DNA of 64,000 nucleotides. Source: Mantamonas sphyraenae STR306 (Eukaryota; Protista; CRuMs). Positions 45,601 to 60,600 of the stretch are shown here, one piece after another. The stretch lies in NCBI GenBank assembly GCA_026936335.1, contig JAPMXV010000032.1, positions 338,226 to 402,225 on the forward strand, written 5' to 3'. The notes beneath the pieces are model-generated. The model ran no database searches, was not told the origin of the DNA, and worked only from the letters and a program-made list of their open reading frames with translations. The translations under genes were made by a program, and so were the position numbers. How positions within the stretch are numbered: position 1 is the stretch's first letter; each line of letters opens with the position of its first letter.

Positions 45601-48600
45601 TCGTCACGGTGAGGTTCACTCGCACATTGCCAGCTGCCACATCGACGTCGCTCACGCTCAATCCTGTGATTGTGACCGCCGTGTCCTCACTCACGCTCGC
45701 TGCACTGGGCGCAGTCAGCACAGGTGCATCGTTCACGGCAAGCACGTTCACAATCTGGATCTTGAACGTCTCCGTCACCGTGCCGTTCGCACTGCCGAAG
45801 CCCTGATCAGACGCCCACACACGCAGCAGCTCAGCACCATTCCAGTGCTGCGCACCGCGATACACAAGGCCGTTCAGCGCCGCGTTGATTGCCGTCAGGT
45901 TGCCCGAGAAGCGCACATCCGCGTCCGCCGCACCGTCACCCTGCGTAAACGTCAACCCTGCAGTGTTGCCAAGGCTCACAAGGCCCTCTGTCACCGTCAC
46001 GTTCACAAGCATCGTGTCGCTTCCGATGTCCTCATCAGAGATGCTGATGCCATACATGGTCAGGTCCGTGTCCTCGTTCACGCTCTGCGTGTCCAGCACC
46101 GTGATGTTCACCTTGTCGTTCACCGGGTTGACAAAGATGGTTGTGGACGCAATAGCCTGAAGTGCACCACCGACGCCAACATGTCCTTGGTCATCGATGC
46201 CAACTGACACATAGTCAAACCCGTTGAAGTTGAGGTTGCCCTGGTACTGCAACGTCGCCAACGCACTGTTCACACTCGTCAGCGTGCCTGTAAACGCGAG
46301 GTACGCCGACCCTGTGGTGGCATTCCCTGCAACAAAGGTAAGACCACTGGTAACAGACATCGAAACAGCACCATTTCCAGCAGATGCGTTGACCAACACA
46401 CTGTTTGCAACCGCGTCAACATCCGATACAGAGAAACCAGGAACAAAGGTGCTCACGTCCTCATCCGTGTTAACAGCAATACCGGCAACGACCACAGGTG
46501 CGTCGTTCACAGCATTCACAGTCACAGACACATTGGCCGCATCGCTCAGAGCACCACCAATGCCCACGGCTCCCTGGTCGTTCACAGTAACCAGCACCGT
46601 GTCCGCTCCGTTGTAGTGCGTGTTACCACGGTACACCACACTGCTCATCGCCGTGTTGATGTTCGTCAGGCTGCCTCGGAAGCGCATCACGGCGTTCAGC
46701 GACGGACCGCCCGTCACAAACGTCAGGCCCGTCGTCGTGCCGCCAAGCGTCAGAACACCGCTGCTCACCTGCAGATCAACCACAAGTTCGTTCGCAGCCA
46801 CGTCCACATCGCTCACGCTGATGCCACCGAGCGCAATGTCTGTGTCCTCCATGCCGCTCTGCGCACTCGGCACACTCAGAACAGGCGCGTCGTTCACACC
46901 TGCCACAGTCACCGCAATGCTCTGTGCATCGCCCAAAGCACCACCCGACCCGGTGTTGCCCAGATCGTTCACTGCAATCGCCAAGCTGTCGGCACCCACA
47001 AAGTGCAGGTTGCCCTGGTACACCATCTCGGACAGCGCCGCATTCACAGACGTCAGGTTGCCGACCACACGCAGGCTGGCATCACCGCTGCCACTGCCTG
47101 CTTCCACTCCAAGGCCGGCCAGGGACTTCAACCACACACGACCCGAAGCCACACTCACGTTGACTTGCAGCAGCCCTGCACCCACGTCGACGTCGGTCAC
47201 CGAAACACCCGTGATCGTCAACTGAACGTCCTCGTTCACGTTCTGTCCACCGGGCACAGTCAGCACAGGCGCGTCGTTCACCGCACTCACACTCACACCA
47301 ATCGTGCGCGTGTCGCCCAGTGCTCCACCCGTGCCACTTGCTCCCTGGTCGTTCACTGTCACCGTGATCGTGTCTCCTCCATTGTACTGCGCGTCTCCAC
47401 GGTACACAATGTTGTTCAGCGCCGCGTTTGCGTTTGTCAGCGTCGCCACAAAGCGCACATCCTTCGTGCCCGATGCTGCTCCGTCCACAATCGTCACGCC
47501 GCTCATGCTGCCCAGTGTCACCACACCCTGGCTTGCGCTCACGTTCACCAGCAGCAGACTGCCCGCAATGTCCACATCGCTCACGCTGATGCCACCAATC
47601 GTCAGATCCGTGTCCTCAACGCCGCTCTGTCCACTCGGCACACTCAGCACAGGCGCGTCGTTCACGCTCAGCACAGTCACAACAATGCTGCCACTGTCTC
47701 CAAGCACTCCGCCACTACCCGTGTTGCCACCGTCGTTCACGCTCACCACAATGCTGTCCACTCCGTTGAACGCACTGTCCGGCATGTACACAACAGTCGC
47801 CAGCGCGTTGTTCACATCCGTCACGCTGCCGCTGAACTCCACCCGTCCGTCGCTGCTGCCGTTGCCTGCACTGAACACAAGGCCGTTCGTGCTCGCCAGC
47901 CACACTCGGCCAGCACTCACACTCACGTTCACGTTCATCGCTCCACCGGCAACGTCCACGTCCGCCACACTCACGCCGCTCACTGTCAGCGCAGTGTCCT
48001 CGGCCGTGCTCTGTGCCCCAGGCACACTCAGCACAGGTGCGTCGTTCACAGCCACCACGTTGATCACAAGCGTCTTGTTCGACACCTGCTCACCACCGCT
48101 GCCGACTGCTCCCTGGTCAGACACCCACACAACAAGCCCGTCTGCTCCGTTGTACTGTGTCACTCCACGGTACACCATGTTCGACAGTGCTGCGTTCACA
48201 GCCGTGATCGACCCGTCAAACACAATCCACGTGTCGTTCACTCCGTCGCCACTGCCAAACGTCAGACCCGTCGTGCTGCCCAGCCACAGGCTGCCTGCGC
48301 TCACACTCACGTTCACTCGGAACGCAAATCCGGCCACGTCCACATCGCTCACGCTGATGCCACCAATCGTCAGATCCGTGTCCTCAGCCACACTCTGTGC
48401 ACTCGGCAGAGTGATCACCAGCGCGTCGTTCACACCATTCACAGTGATCGCCACACTCTGGCTGTCTGTCTGCTCACCGCCGGCTCCCGTGTTGCCCTTG
48501 TCGCGCACGCTCAGTTCGAGCGAGTCGCTGCCAAAGAAGTGCAGGTCGCCGTGGTACACCACCTGCCCGATGGCCGCGTTCAGCGCCGTCACCGTGCCGT

Positions 48601-51600
48601 TCAGCACCAGACTGCGTCCTCCGTTGCTTGTGCCAGACACAAACGTCACGCCGCCTGCGTTCACGCTCGTCAGCACACCATGCGTCACCGTCAAGTTCAT
48701 CTCCATGGACTCTCCGCCCACGTCAATGTCCGTCACAGTGATGCCTGCAATCGTCAGATCCGTGTCCTCGTCCACGTTCACTCCACCCACAGGTGTGATG
48801 GCAGGGCGGTCGTTCACCTGCGTCACCGTGATGCCCACGCTGCCGCTGTCTGTCAACTCTCCGCCCACACCCACGTTGCCCAGGTCACTCACGCGCACCA
48901 CAAGCGTGTCTGCGCCGTTGTAATCCTGTGCCCCGCGGTACACCAGCACACCCAGTGCCGTCTGCACCTGGGTCAGCGTGCCCGTGAAGCTCATCGTCGC
49001 GTCCGACGCACCGTCGCCCACACTGAATGTCAGGCCCGTCGTCGTCACTGCGGTCACCACACCCTGGCTCACGCTCACGTTCGCCTGGAATGCGTTGCCT
49101 GCAACGTCCACGTCCGTCACGCTGATGCCGTTGATCGTCAGATCCACGTCCTCAGCCACACTCTGTGCAGACACAACACTCAGCACAGGGCCGTCGTTCA
49201 CAGCCACAACCGTGATCGCCACGTTTCGCCGACGTCCGACTGCACACCTCCCAGACCACTGTTACCGAGGTCGTCCACCCGAACAACCAGCGTGTCCGCT
49301 CCGTTGTAGTGCGTGTTTGGCGCGATACACCACAGCTCAACACCGCCGCATTCACAGCGCAGTCACCGTGCCTTGCATATTCGTGCAGACCCATCAGCAC
49401 ATACCCGTCGCCAGAGCTGAAATACAGTCCGACAGATGCACCCGGCTCAAAGCACGCCCTGAGACACACTCAAGTTGAGTCGCATGCACGCAGCACCGAC
49501 GTCGCCATCGACCAGCGACAGACCAGTCATGCGTCAGATCAGCGTCTTCGTTCACAAGTGCACTCGACACCACGGTGCCGTCAACACAGGCGCATCGTTC
49601 ACCTCGGCCACAGTCACCACAATCACGGCACTGTCACCCAGCGCTCCACCCGCGCCCGTGTTGCCCAGATCGTTCACACTCAACACCACGCTGTCCGTGC
49701 CCTGGAAGTTCGCGTTGCCACGATACACCAGGTTCGTCAGCGCTGCGTTCACGTTGGTCAACGTGCCCGTGAAACGCACCGTTGCGTCGCTGCTGCCGTT
49801 GCCAGCACCAAACACAAGGCCGCTCGTGCTGCCCAGCCACATCTGACCAGACGTCACACTCACGTTCACGGCAACCACACCGGCTGCTGCGTCCACATCT
49901 GCCACGCTGATACCGCCGATCGTCAGGTCGGTCTCCTCGTTCACGTTCTGTCCACCAGGCACAGTCAGCACAGGCGCGTCGTTCACCGCACTCACACTCA
50001 CACCAATCGTGCGCGTGTCGCCCAGTGCTCCACCCGTGCCACTTGCTCCCTGGTCGTTCACTGTCACCGTGATCGTGTCTCCTCCATTGTACTGCGCGTC
50101 TCCACGGTACACAATGTTGTTCAGCGCCGCGTTTGCGTTTGTCAGCGTCGCCACAAAGCGCACATCCTTCGTGCCCGATGCTGCTCCGTCCACAATCGTC
50201 ACGCCGCTCATGCTGCCCAGTGTCACCACACCCTGGCTTGCGCTCACGTTCACCAGCAGCAGACTGCCCGCAATGTCCACATCGCTCACGCTGATGCCAC
50301 CAATCGTCAGATCCGTGTCCTCAACGCCGCTCTGTCCACTCGGCACACTCAGCACAGGCGCGTCGTTCACGCTCAGCACAGTCACAACAATGCTGCCACT
50401 GTCTCCAAGCACTCCGCCACTGCCCGTGTTGCCACCGTCGTTCACGCTCACCACAATGCTGTCCACTCCGTTGAACGCACTGTCCGGCATGTACACAACT
50501 GTCGCCAGCGCGTTGTTCACATCCGTCACGCTGCCGCTGAACTCCACCCGTCCGTCGCTGCTGCCGTTGCCTGCACTGAACACAAGGCCGTTCGTGCTCG
50601 CCAGCCACACTCGGCCAGCACTCACACTCACGTTCACGTTCATCGCTCCGCCCGCGACGTCCACGTCCGCCACACTCACGCCGCTCACTGTCAGTGCAGT
50701 GTCCTCGGCCGTGCTCTGTGCCCCAGGCACACTCAGCACAGGTGCGTCGTTCACAGCCACCACGTTGATCACAAGCGTCTTGTTCGACACCTGCTCACCA
50801 CCGCTGCCGACTGCTCCCTGGTCAGACACCCACACAACAAGCCCGTCTGCTCCGTTGTACTGTGTCACTCCACGGTACACCATGTTCGACAGTGCTGCGT
50901 TCACAGCCGTGATCGACCCGTCAAACACAATCCACGTGTCGTTCACTCCGTCGCCACTGCCAAACGTCAGACCCGTCGTGCTGCCCAGCCACAGGCTGCC
51001 TGCGCTCACACTCACGTTCACTCGGAACGCAAATCCGGCCACGTCCACATCGCTCACGCTGATGCCACCAATCGTCAGATCCGTGTCCTCAGCCACACTC
51101 TGTGCACTCGGCAGAGTGATCACCAGCGCGTCGTTCACACCATTCACAGTGATCGCCACACTCTGGCTGTCTGTCTGCTCACCGCCGGCTCCCGTGTTGC
51201 CCTTGTCGCGCACGCTCAGTTCGAGCGAGTCGCTGCCAAAGAAGTGCAGGTCGCCGTGGTACACCACCTGCCCGATGGCCGCGTTCAGCGCCGTCACCGT
51301 GCCGTTCAGCACAAGACTGCGTCCTCCGTTGCTCGTGCCAGACACAAACGTCACGCCGCCTGCGTTCACGCTCGTCAGCACACCATGCGTCACCGTCAAG
51401 TTCATCTCCATCGACTCTCCGCCCACGTCAATGTCCGTCACACTGATGCCTGCGATCGTCAGATCCGTGTCCTCGTCCACGTTCACTCCACCCACAGGTG
51501 TGATGGCAGGGCGGTCGTTCACAGGCGTCACCGTGATGCCCACGCTGCCGCTGTCTGTCAACTCTCCACCCACACCCACGTTGCCCAGGTCACTCACGCG

Positions 51601-54600
51601 CACCACAAGCGTGTCTGCGCCATTGTAATCCTGTGCCCCGCGGTACACCAGCACACCCAGTGCCGTCTGCACCTGGGTCAGCGTGCCCGTGAAGCTCATC
51701 GTCGCGTCCGACGCACCGTCGCCCACACTGAATGTCAGGCCCGTCGTCGTCACTGCGGTCACCACACCCTGGCTCACGCTCACGTTCGCCTGCAATGCGT
51801 TGCCTGCAACGTCCACGTCCGTCACGCTGATGCCGTTGATCGTCAGATCCACGTCCTCAGCAACACTCTGTGCAGACACAACACTCAGCACAGGGCCGTC
51901 GTTCACAGCCACAACTGTGATCGCCACGTTCGCCGTGTCGTTCAGTGCTCCTCCCAGACCACTGTTGCCGAGGTCGTCCACAAACACAGCCAGCGTATCC
52001 GCTCCGTTGTAGTTGCTGTTTGCCACGTACGTCACGCTGCCCAAAGCCGCGTTCACATCCGTCACCGTGCCGTTGCACTCAATCGTGCTGTCAGACACGC
52101 CGTCACCAACAGCAAACAACAGTCCGCTTGTGCTACCCAGGCTCAACACACCTTGTGACACACTCAGACGCAAATGCATGCGCGCGCTGCCAACGTCGCC
52201 ATCGACCACGCTCAGACCGCCAATGGCACTGCTCGTGTCTTCGTTCACACTCACACTGGCCGGTGCCGTCAGCACAGGCGCATCGTTCACTTCGGCCACA
52301 GTCACCACAATCACGGCACTGTCTCCCAGCGCTCCACCCGCGCCCGTGTTGCCCAGATCGTTCACACTCAACACCACGCTGTCCGTGCCCTGGAAGTTCA
52401 CGTTGCCACGATACACCAGGTTCGTCAGCGCCGCGTTCACGTTGGTCAACGTGCCCGTGAAACGCACCGTTGCGTCGCTGCTGCCGTTGCCAGCACCAAA
52501 CACAAAGCCACTCGTGCTGCCCAGCCACATCTGACCAGACGTCACACTCACGTTCACGGCAACCACACCGGCTGCTGCGTCCACATCTGCCACGCTGATA
52601 CCGCCGATCGTCAGGTCGGTCTCCTCGTTCACGTTCTGTCCACCAGGCACAGTCAGCACAGGCGCATCGTTCACCGCACTCACACTCACACCAATCGTGC
52701 GCGTGTCGCCCAGTGCTCCGCCCGTGCCACTAGCGCCCTGGTCGTTCACTGTCACCGTGATCGTGTCTCCTCCATTGTACTCCGCGTCTCCACGGTACAC
52801 AATGTTGTTCAGCGCCGCGTTTGCGTTTGTCAGCGTCGCCACAAAGCGCACATCCTTCGTGCCCGATGCTGCTCCGTCCACAATCGTCACGCCGCTCATG
52901 CTGCCCAGTGTCACCACACCCTGGCTTGCGCTCACGTTCACCAGCAGCAGACTGCCCGCAATGTCCACATCGCTCACGCTGATCCCACCAATCGTCAGAT
53001 CCGTGTCCTCAACGCCGCTCTGTCCACTCGGCACACTCAGCACAGGCGCGTCGTTCACGCTCAGCACAGTCACAACAATGCTGCCACTGTCTCCAAGCAC
53101 TCCGCCACTGCCCGTGTTGCCACCGTCGTTCACGCTCACCACAATGCTGTCCACTCCGTTGAACGCACTGTCCGGCATGTACACAACTGTCGCCAGCGCG
53201 TTGTTCACATCCGTCACGCTGCCGCTGAACTCCACCCGTCCGTCGCTGCTGCCGTTGCCTGCACTGAACACAAGGCCGTTCGTGCTCGCCAGCCACACTC
53301 GGCCAGCACTCACACTCACGTTCACGTTCATCGCTCCGCCCGCGACGTCCACGTCCGCCACACTTACGCCGCTCACTGTCAGCGCAGTGTCCTCGGCCGT
53401 GCTCTGTGCCCCAGGCACACTCAGCACAGGTGCGTCGTTCACAGCCACCACGTTGATCACAAGCGTCTTGTTCGACACCTGCTCACCACCGCTCCCGACT
53501 GCTCCCTGGTCAGACACCCACACAACAAGCCCGTCTGCTCCGTTGTACTGTGTCACTCCACGGTACACCATGTTCGACAGTGCTGCGTTCACAGCCGTGA
53601 TCGACCCGTCAAACACAATCCACGTGTCGTTCACTCCGTCGCCACTGCCAAACGTCAGACCCGTCGTGCTGCCCAGCCACAGGCTGCCTGCGCTCACACT
53701 CACGTTCACTCGGAACGCAAATCCGGCCACGTCCACATCGCTCACGCTGATCCCACCAATCGTCAGATCCGTGTCCTCAGCCACACTCTGTGCACTCGGC
53801 AGAGTGATCACCAGCGCGTCGTTCACACCATTCACAGTGATCGCCACACTCTGGCTGTCTGTCTGCTCACCGCCGGCTCCCGTGTTGCCCTTGTCGCGCA
53901 CGCTCAGTTCGAGCGAGTCGCTGCCAAAGAAGTGCAGGTCGCCGTGGTACACCACCTGCCCGATGGCCGCATTCAGCCCCGTCACCGTGCCGTTCAGCAC
54001 CAGACTGCGTCCTCCGTTGCTCGTGCCAGACACAAACGTCACGCCGCCTGCGTTCACGCTCGTCAGCACACCATGCGTCACCGTCAAGTTCATCTCCATC
54101 GACTCTCCGCCCACGTCAATGTCCGTCACACTGATGCCTGCGATCGTCAGATCCGTGTCCTCGTCCACGTTCACTCCACCCACAGGTGTGATGGCAGGGC
54201 GGTCGTTCACAGGCGTCACCGTGATGCCCACGCTGCCGCTGTCTGTCAACTCTCCACCCACACCCACGTTGCCCAGGTCACTCACGCGCACCACAAGCGT
54301 GTCTGCGCCATTGTAATCCTGTGCCCCGCGGTACACCAGCACACCCAGTGCCGTCTGCACCTGGGTCAGCGTGCCCGTGAAGCTCATCGTCGCGTCCGAC
54401 GCACCGTCGCCCACACTGAATGTCAGGCCCGTCGTCGTCACTGCGGTCACCACACCCTGGCTCACGCTCACGTTCGCCTGCAATGCGTTGCCTGCAACGT
54501 CCACGTCCGTCACGCTGATGCCGTTGATCGTCAGATCCACGTCCTCAGCAACACTCTGTGCAGACACAACACTCAGCACAGGGCCGTCGTTCACAGCCAC

Positions 54601-57600
54601 AACTGTGATCGCCACGTTCGCCGTGTCGTTCAGTGCTCCTCCCAGACCACTGTTGCCGAGGTCGTCCACAAACACAGCCAGCGTATCCGCTCCGTTGTAG
54701 TTGCTGTTTGCCACGTACGTCACGCTGCCCAAAGCCGCGTTCACATCCGTCACCGTGCCGTTGCACTCAATCGTGCTGTCAGACACGCCGTCACCAACAG
54801 CAAACAACAGTCCGCTTGTGCTACCCAGGCTCAACACACCTTGTGACACACTCAGACGCAGTTGCATGCGCGCGCTGCCAACGTCGCCATCGACCACGCT
54901 CAGACCGCCAATGGCACTGCTCGTGTCTTCGTTCACACTCACACTGGCCGGTGCCGTCAGCACAGGCGCATCGTTCACTTCGGCCACAGTCACCACAATC
55001 ACGGCACTGTCTCCCAGCGCTCCACCCGCGCCCGTGTTGCCCAGATCGTTCACACTCAACACCACGCTGTCCGTGCCCTGGAAGTTCACGTTGCCACGAT
55101 ACACCAGGTTCGTCAGCGCCGCGTTCACGTTGGTCAACGTGCCCGTGAAACGCACCGTTGCGTCGCTGCTGCCGTTGCCAGCACCAAACACAAGGCCACT
55201 CGTGCTGCCCAGCCACATCTGACCAGACGTCACACTCACGTTCACGGCAACCACACCGGCTGCTGCGTCCACATCTGCCACGCTGATACCGCCGATCGTC
55301 AGGTCGGTCTCCTCGTTCACGTTCTGTCCACCAGGCACAGTCAGCACAGGCGCATCGTTCACCGCACTCACACTCACACCAATCGTGCGCGTGTCGCCCA
55401 GTGCTCCGCCCGTGCCACTAGCGCCCTGGTCGTTCACTGTCACCGTGATCGTGTCTCCTCCATTGTACTCCGCGTCTCCACGGTACACAATGTTGTTCAG
55501 CGCCGCGTTTGCGTTTGTCAGCGTCGCCACAAAGCGCACATCCTTCGTGCCCGATGCTGCTCCGTCCACAATCGTCACGCCGCTCATGCTGCCCAGTGTC
55601 ACCACACCCTGGCTTGCGCTCACGTTCACCAGCAGCAGACTGCCCGCAATGTCCACATCGCTCACGCTGATCCCACCAATCGTCAGATCCGTGTCCTCAA
55701 CGCCGCTCTGTCCACTCGGCACACTCAGCACAGGCGCGTCGTTCACGCTCGACACAGTCACAACAATGCTGCCACTGTCTCCAAGCACTCCGCCACTGCC
55801 CGTGTTGCCACCGTCGTTCACGCTCACCACAATGCTGTCCACTCCGTTGAACGCACTGTCCGGCATGTACACAACTGTCGCCAGCGCGTTGTTCACATCC
55901 GTCACGCTGCCGCTGAACTCCACCCGTCCGTCGCTGCTGCCGTTGCCTGCACTGAACACAAGGCCGTTCGTGCTCGCCAGCCACACTCGGCCAGCACTCA
56001 CACTCACGTTCACGTTCATCGCTCCGCCCGCGACGTCCACGTCCGCCACACTCACGCCGCTCACTGTCAGCGCAGTGTCCTCGGCCGTGCTCTGTGCCCC
56101 AGGCACACTCAGCACAGGTGCGTCGTTCACAGCCACCACGTTGATCACAAGCGTCTTGTTCGACACCTGCTCACCACCGCTCCCGACTGCTCCCTGGTCA
56201 GACACCCACACAACAAGCCCGTCTGCTCCGTTGTACTGTGTCACTCCACGGTACACCATGTTCGACAGTGCTGCGTTCACAGCCGTGATCGACCCGTCAA
56301 ACACAATCCACGTGTCGTTCACTCCGTCGCCACTGCCAAACGTCAGACCCGTCGTGCTGCCCAGCCACAGGCTGCCTGCGCTCACACTCACGTTCACTCG
56401 GAACGCAAATCCGGCCACGTCCACATCGCTCACGCTGATGCCACCAATCGTCAGATCCGTGTCCTCAGCCACACTCTGTGCACTCGGCAGAGTGATCACC
56501 AGCGCGTCGTTCACACCATTCACAGTGATCGCCACACTCTGGCTGTCTGTCTGCTCACCGCCGGCTCCCGTGTTGCCCTTGTCGCGCACGCTCAGTTCGA
56601 GCGAGTCGCTGCCAAAGAAGTGCAGGTCGCCGTGGTACACCACCTGCCCCGATGGCCGCATTCAGCGCCGTCACCGTGCCGTTCAGCACCAGACTGCGTC
56701 CTCCGTTGCTCGTGCCAGACACAAACGTCACGCCGCCTGCGTTCACGCTCGTCAGCACACCATGCGTCACCGTCAAGTTCATCTCCATCGACTCTCCGCC
56801 CACGTCAATGTCCGTCACAGTGATGCCTGCGATCGTCAGATCCGTGTCCTCGTCCACGTTCACTCCACCCACAGGTGTGATGGCAGGGCGGTCGTTCACC
56901 TGCGTCACCGTGATGCCCACGCTGCCGCTGTCTGTCAACTCTCCACCCACACCCACGTTGCCCAGGTCACTCACGCGCACCACAAGCGTGTCTGCGCCAT
57001 TGTAATCCTGTGCCCCGCGGTACACCAGCACACCCAGTGCCGTCTGCACCTGGGTCAGCGTGCCCGTGAAGCTCATCGTCGCGTCCGACGCACCGTCGCC
57101 ACACTGAATGTCAGGCCCGTCGTCGTCACTGCGGTCACCACACCCTGGCTCACGCTCACGTTCGCCTGCAATGCGTTCCCTGCAACGTCCACGTCCGTCA
57201 CGCTGATGCCGTTGATCGTCAGATCCACGTCCTCAGCACACTCTGTGCAGACACAACACTCAGCACAGGGCCGTCGTTCACAGCCACAACTGTGATCGCC
57301 ACGTTCGCCGTGTCGTTCAGTGCTCCTCCCAGACCACTGTTGCCGAGGTCGTCCACAAACACAGCCAGCGTATCCGCTCCGTTGTAGTTGCTGTTTGCCA
57401 CGTACGTCACGCTGCCCAAAGCCGCGTTCACATCCGTCACCGTGCCGTTGCACTCAATCGTGCTGTCAGACACGCCGTCACCAACAGCAAACAACAGTCC
57501 GCTTGTGCTACCCAGGCTCAACACACCCTGTGACACACTCAGACGCAGTTGCATGCGCGCGCTGCCAACGTCGCCATCGACCACGCTCAGACCGCCAATG

Positions 57601-60600
57601 GCACTGCTCGTGTCTTCGTTCACACTCACAGTGGCCGGTGCCGTCAGCACAGGCGCGTCGTTCACTTCGGCCACAGTCACCACAATCACGGCACTGTCAC
57701 CCAGCGCTCCACCCGCGCCCGTGTTGCCCAGATCGTTCACACTCAACACCACGCTGTCCGTGCCCTGGAAGTTCGCGTTGCCACGATACACCAGGTTCGT
57801 CAGCGCTGCGTTCACGTTGGTCAACGTGCCCGTGAAACGCACCGTTGCGTCGCTGCTGCCGTTGCCAGCACCAAACACAAGGCCGCTCGTGCTGCCCAGC
57901 CACACATCTGACCAGACGTCACACTCACGTTCACGGCAACCACACCGGCTGCTGCGTCCACATCTGCCACGCTGATACCGCCGATCGTCAGGTCGGTCTC
58001 CTCGTTCACGTTCTGTCCACCGGGCACAGTCAGCACAGGCGCGTCGTTCACCGCACTCACACTCACACCAATCGTGCGCGTGTCGTTCAATGCCGATCCG
58101 CCCGTGTTGCCTTGATCATTCACTGTCAACGTGATCACATCTGCTCCTTCAAAGTGGGCGTTTGCCGCGATACGCCAGGCCACTCGCAATCATCGACGCG
58201 TTGAACGCCTGCTGCGATGCCGTGAACTCCACACGGCTGTCTGACACTCCGTCGCCAACCACAAACGTGAAACCCGTGGTTGTGCCAAAAGTCACAACAC
58301 CGTTCACGCTCGTCACATTGAAGTACATCTGTCCCGTTCCTGCGTCCGTGTCGCTCACACTGATCCCATTGATCACCAGCGTCGTGTCTTCCACAGCGCT
58401 CTGACCACCAGGCACGCTCAGCACAGGTCCATCGTTAACACTCGCGACCACGATGCTCACCACATTCGACGCAGACAAAACGCCACCGCTTCCGGTGTTG
58501 CCATTGTCATCCACAGAGACAAGCAGGCTATCCACACCGACAAAGTTGGCATCGCCGTGGTAGACAACGCTGGCAAGTGCCGCGTTCACCGCGGTCAGCG
58601 TGCCCTCTGCACGCACACGCACATCAGACACTCCGTCGCCCTCTGCGAACACAAGGCCCGTCGTGCTTGCCAACCAAACGCGACCGTTGCTAACGCTCAC
58701 GTTGAAACGCACGTTGCTGCCCGCCACATCCACGTCACTCACGCTAATGCCACCGATCGTCAGATCAGTGTCCTCCACCGCGTTCTGTGCACTGGGCACA
58801 CTCAATACAGGCCCGTCATTCACAGCGCTCACGCTCACAGCGATCGTCGCCGTTGCCGTCTGTTCTCCACCAGATCCACTTGCACCCTGGTCACTCACAG
58901 TCACCACAATGCTGTCGGCCCCGTTGAAATGCACATCTCCCCACATACGACACGCCAGATGCCAACGCAGCGTTCACTGCAGTCAAGGTGCCCGAGAACT
59001 GCATCTCCTTGTTCGAGTTGCCACTGCCAAGCGTGAAAAGCGAGCCCACTCGTCGATCCGAGCGTCATCACACCACTGGTCGCAGTCAGATTCACAGACA
59101 CTGCAGATGCCATCACGTCAACGTCACTCACACTCAGGCCAGTCACATTCACGCTCACATCCTCAGCCGTCGCCACGCTGCTGCTTGTCACACCGATCAC
59201 AGGCGCGTCGTTTACAGCAAGCACGTTGATCACCTGAAGCTTCTCCGTCTCCGTCACCGTGCCGTTCGCACTGCCGAAGCCCTGATCAGACGCCCACACA
59301 CGCAGCAGCTCAGCACCATTCCAGTGCTGCGCACCGCGATACACAAGGCCGTTCAGCGCCGCGTTGATTGCCGTCAGGTTGCCCGAGAAGCGCACATCCG
59401 CGTCCGCCGCACCGTCACCCTGCGTAAACGTCAACCCTGCAGTGCTGCCAAGGCTCACAAGGCCCTCCGTCACCGTCACGTTCACAAGCATCGTGTCGCC
59501 TCCAATGTCCACATCAGAGATGCTGATGCCATACATGCTCAGGTCCGTGTCCTCGTTCACGCTCTGCGTGTCCAGCACAGTAATGTTCACCTTGTCGTTC
59601 ACCGCGTTCACAACCACAAGCTTGCTGGCGGAAGCTGACAGCGCCCACCAGCTCCAGTACCTCCGTTGTCACTAACGCCAACGACCACGTTGTCCAATCC
59701 GTTGAAGTCCAGGTTGCCCTGGTACTGCAGCGTCGCCAACGCACTGTTCACACTCGTCAGCGTGCCTGAAAACACCATCGACGCATCAGCAGCTCCGTCG
59801 CCACTTGAAAACACAAGTCCCGTCGACGAACCCAGGGTCAACACACCACGGCTCACGCTTACGTTCACCGTCATGCTTGTTCCAGCGACATCCACATCCG
59901 CCACAGAGATCCCTGTGACACCGAGGAGTTCGTCTTCGTCCACATTCTGGGCTCCACCCACAGCGACCGAAGGTGCGTCGTTCACAGCATTCACAGTCAC
60001 AGACACATTGGCCGCATCGCTCAGAGCACCACCAATGCCCACGGCTCCCTGGTCGTTCACAGTAACCAGCACCGTGTCCGCTCCGTGTAGTGCGTGTTGC
60101 CACGGTACACCACACTGCTCATCGCCGTGTTGATGTTCGTCAGGCTGCCTCGGAAGCGCATCACGGCGTTCAGCGACGGACCGCCCGTCACAAACGTCAG
60201 GCCCGTCGTCGTGCCGCCAAGCGTCAGAACACCGCTGCTCACCTGCAGATCAACCACAAGTTCGTTCGCAGCCACGTCCACATCGCTCACGCTGATGCCA
60301 CCGAGCGCAATGTCCGTGTCCTCCATGCCGCTCTGCGCACTCGGCACACTCAGCACAGGCGCGTCGTTCACACCTGCCACAGTCACCGCAATGCTCTGTG
60401 CATCGCCCAAAGCACCACCCGACCCGGTGTTGCCCAGATCGTTCACTGCAATCGCAACGCTGTCGGCACCCACAAAGTGCAGGTTGCCCTGGTACACCAT
60501 CTCGACAGCGCCGCATTCACAGACGTCAGGTTGCCGACCACACGCAGGCTGCATCACCGCTGCCACTGCCTGCTTCCACTCCAAGGCCGGCCAGGGACTT

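Noticed and set aside
49222-49580. Gene boundary, intron or insertion splitting the adhesin
   Set aside because: The segment is a garbled version of the same repeat seen intact at ~51920-52270; it looks like a local low-quality consensus patch.
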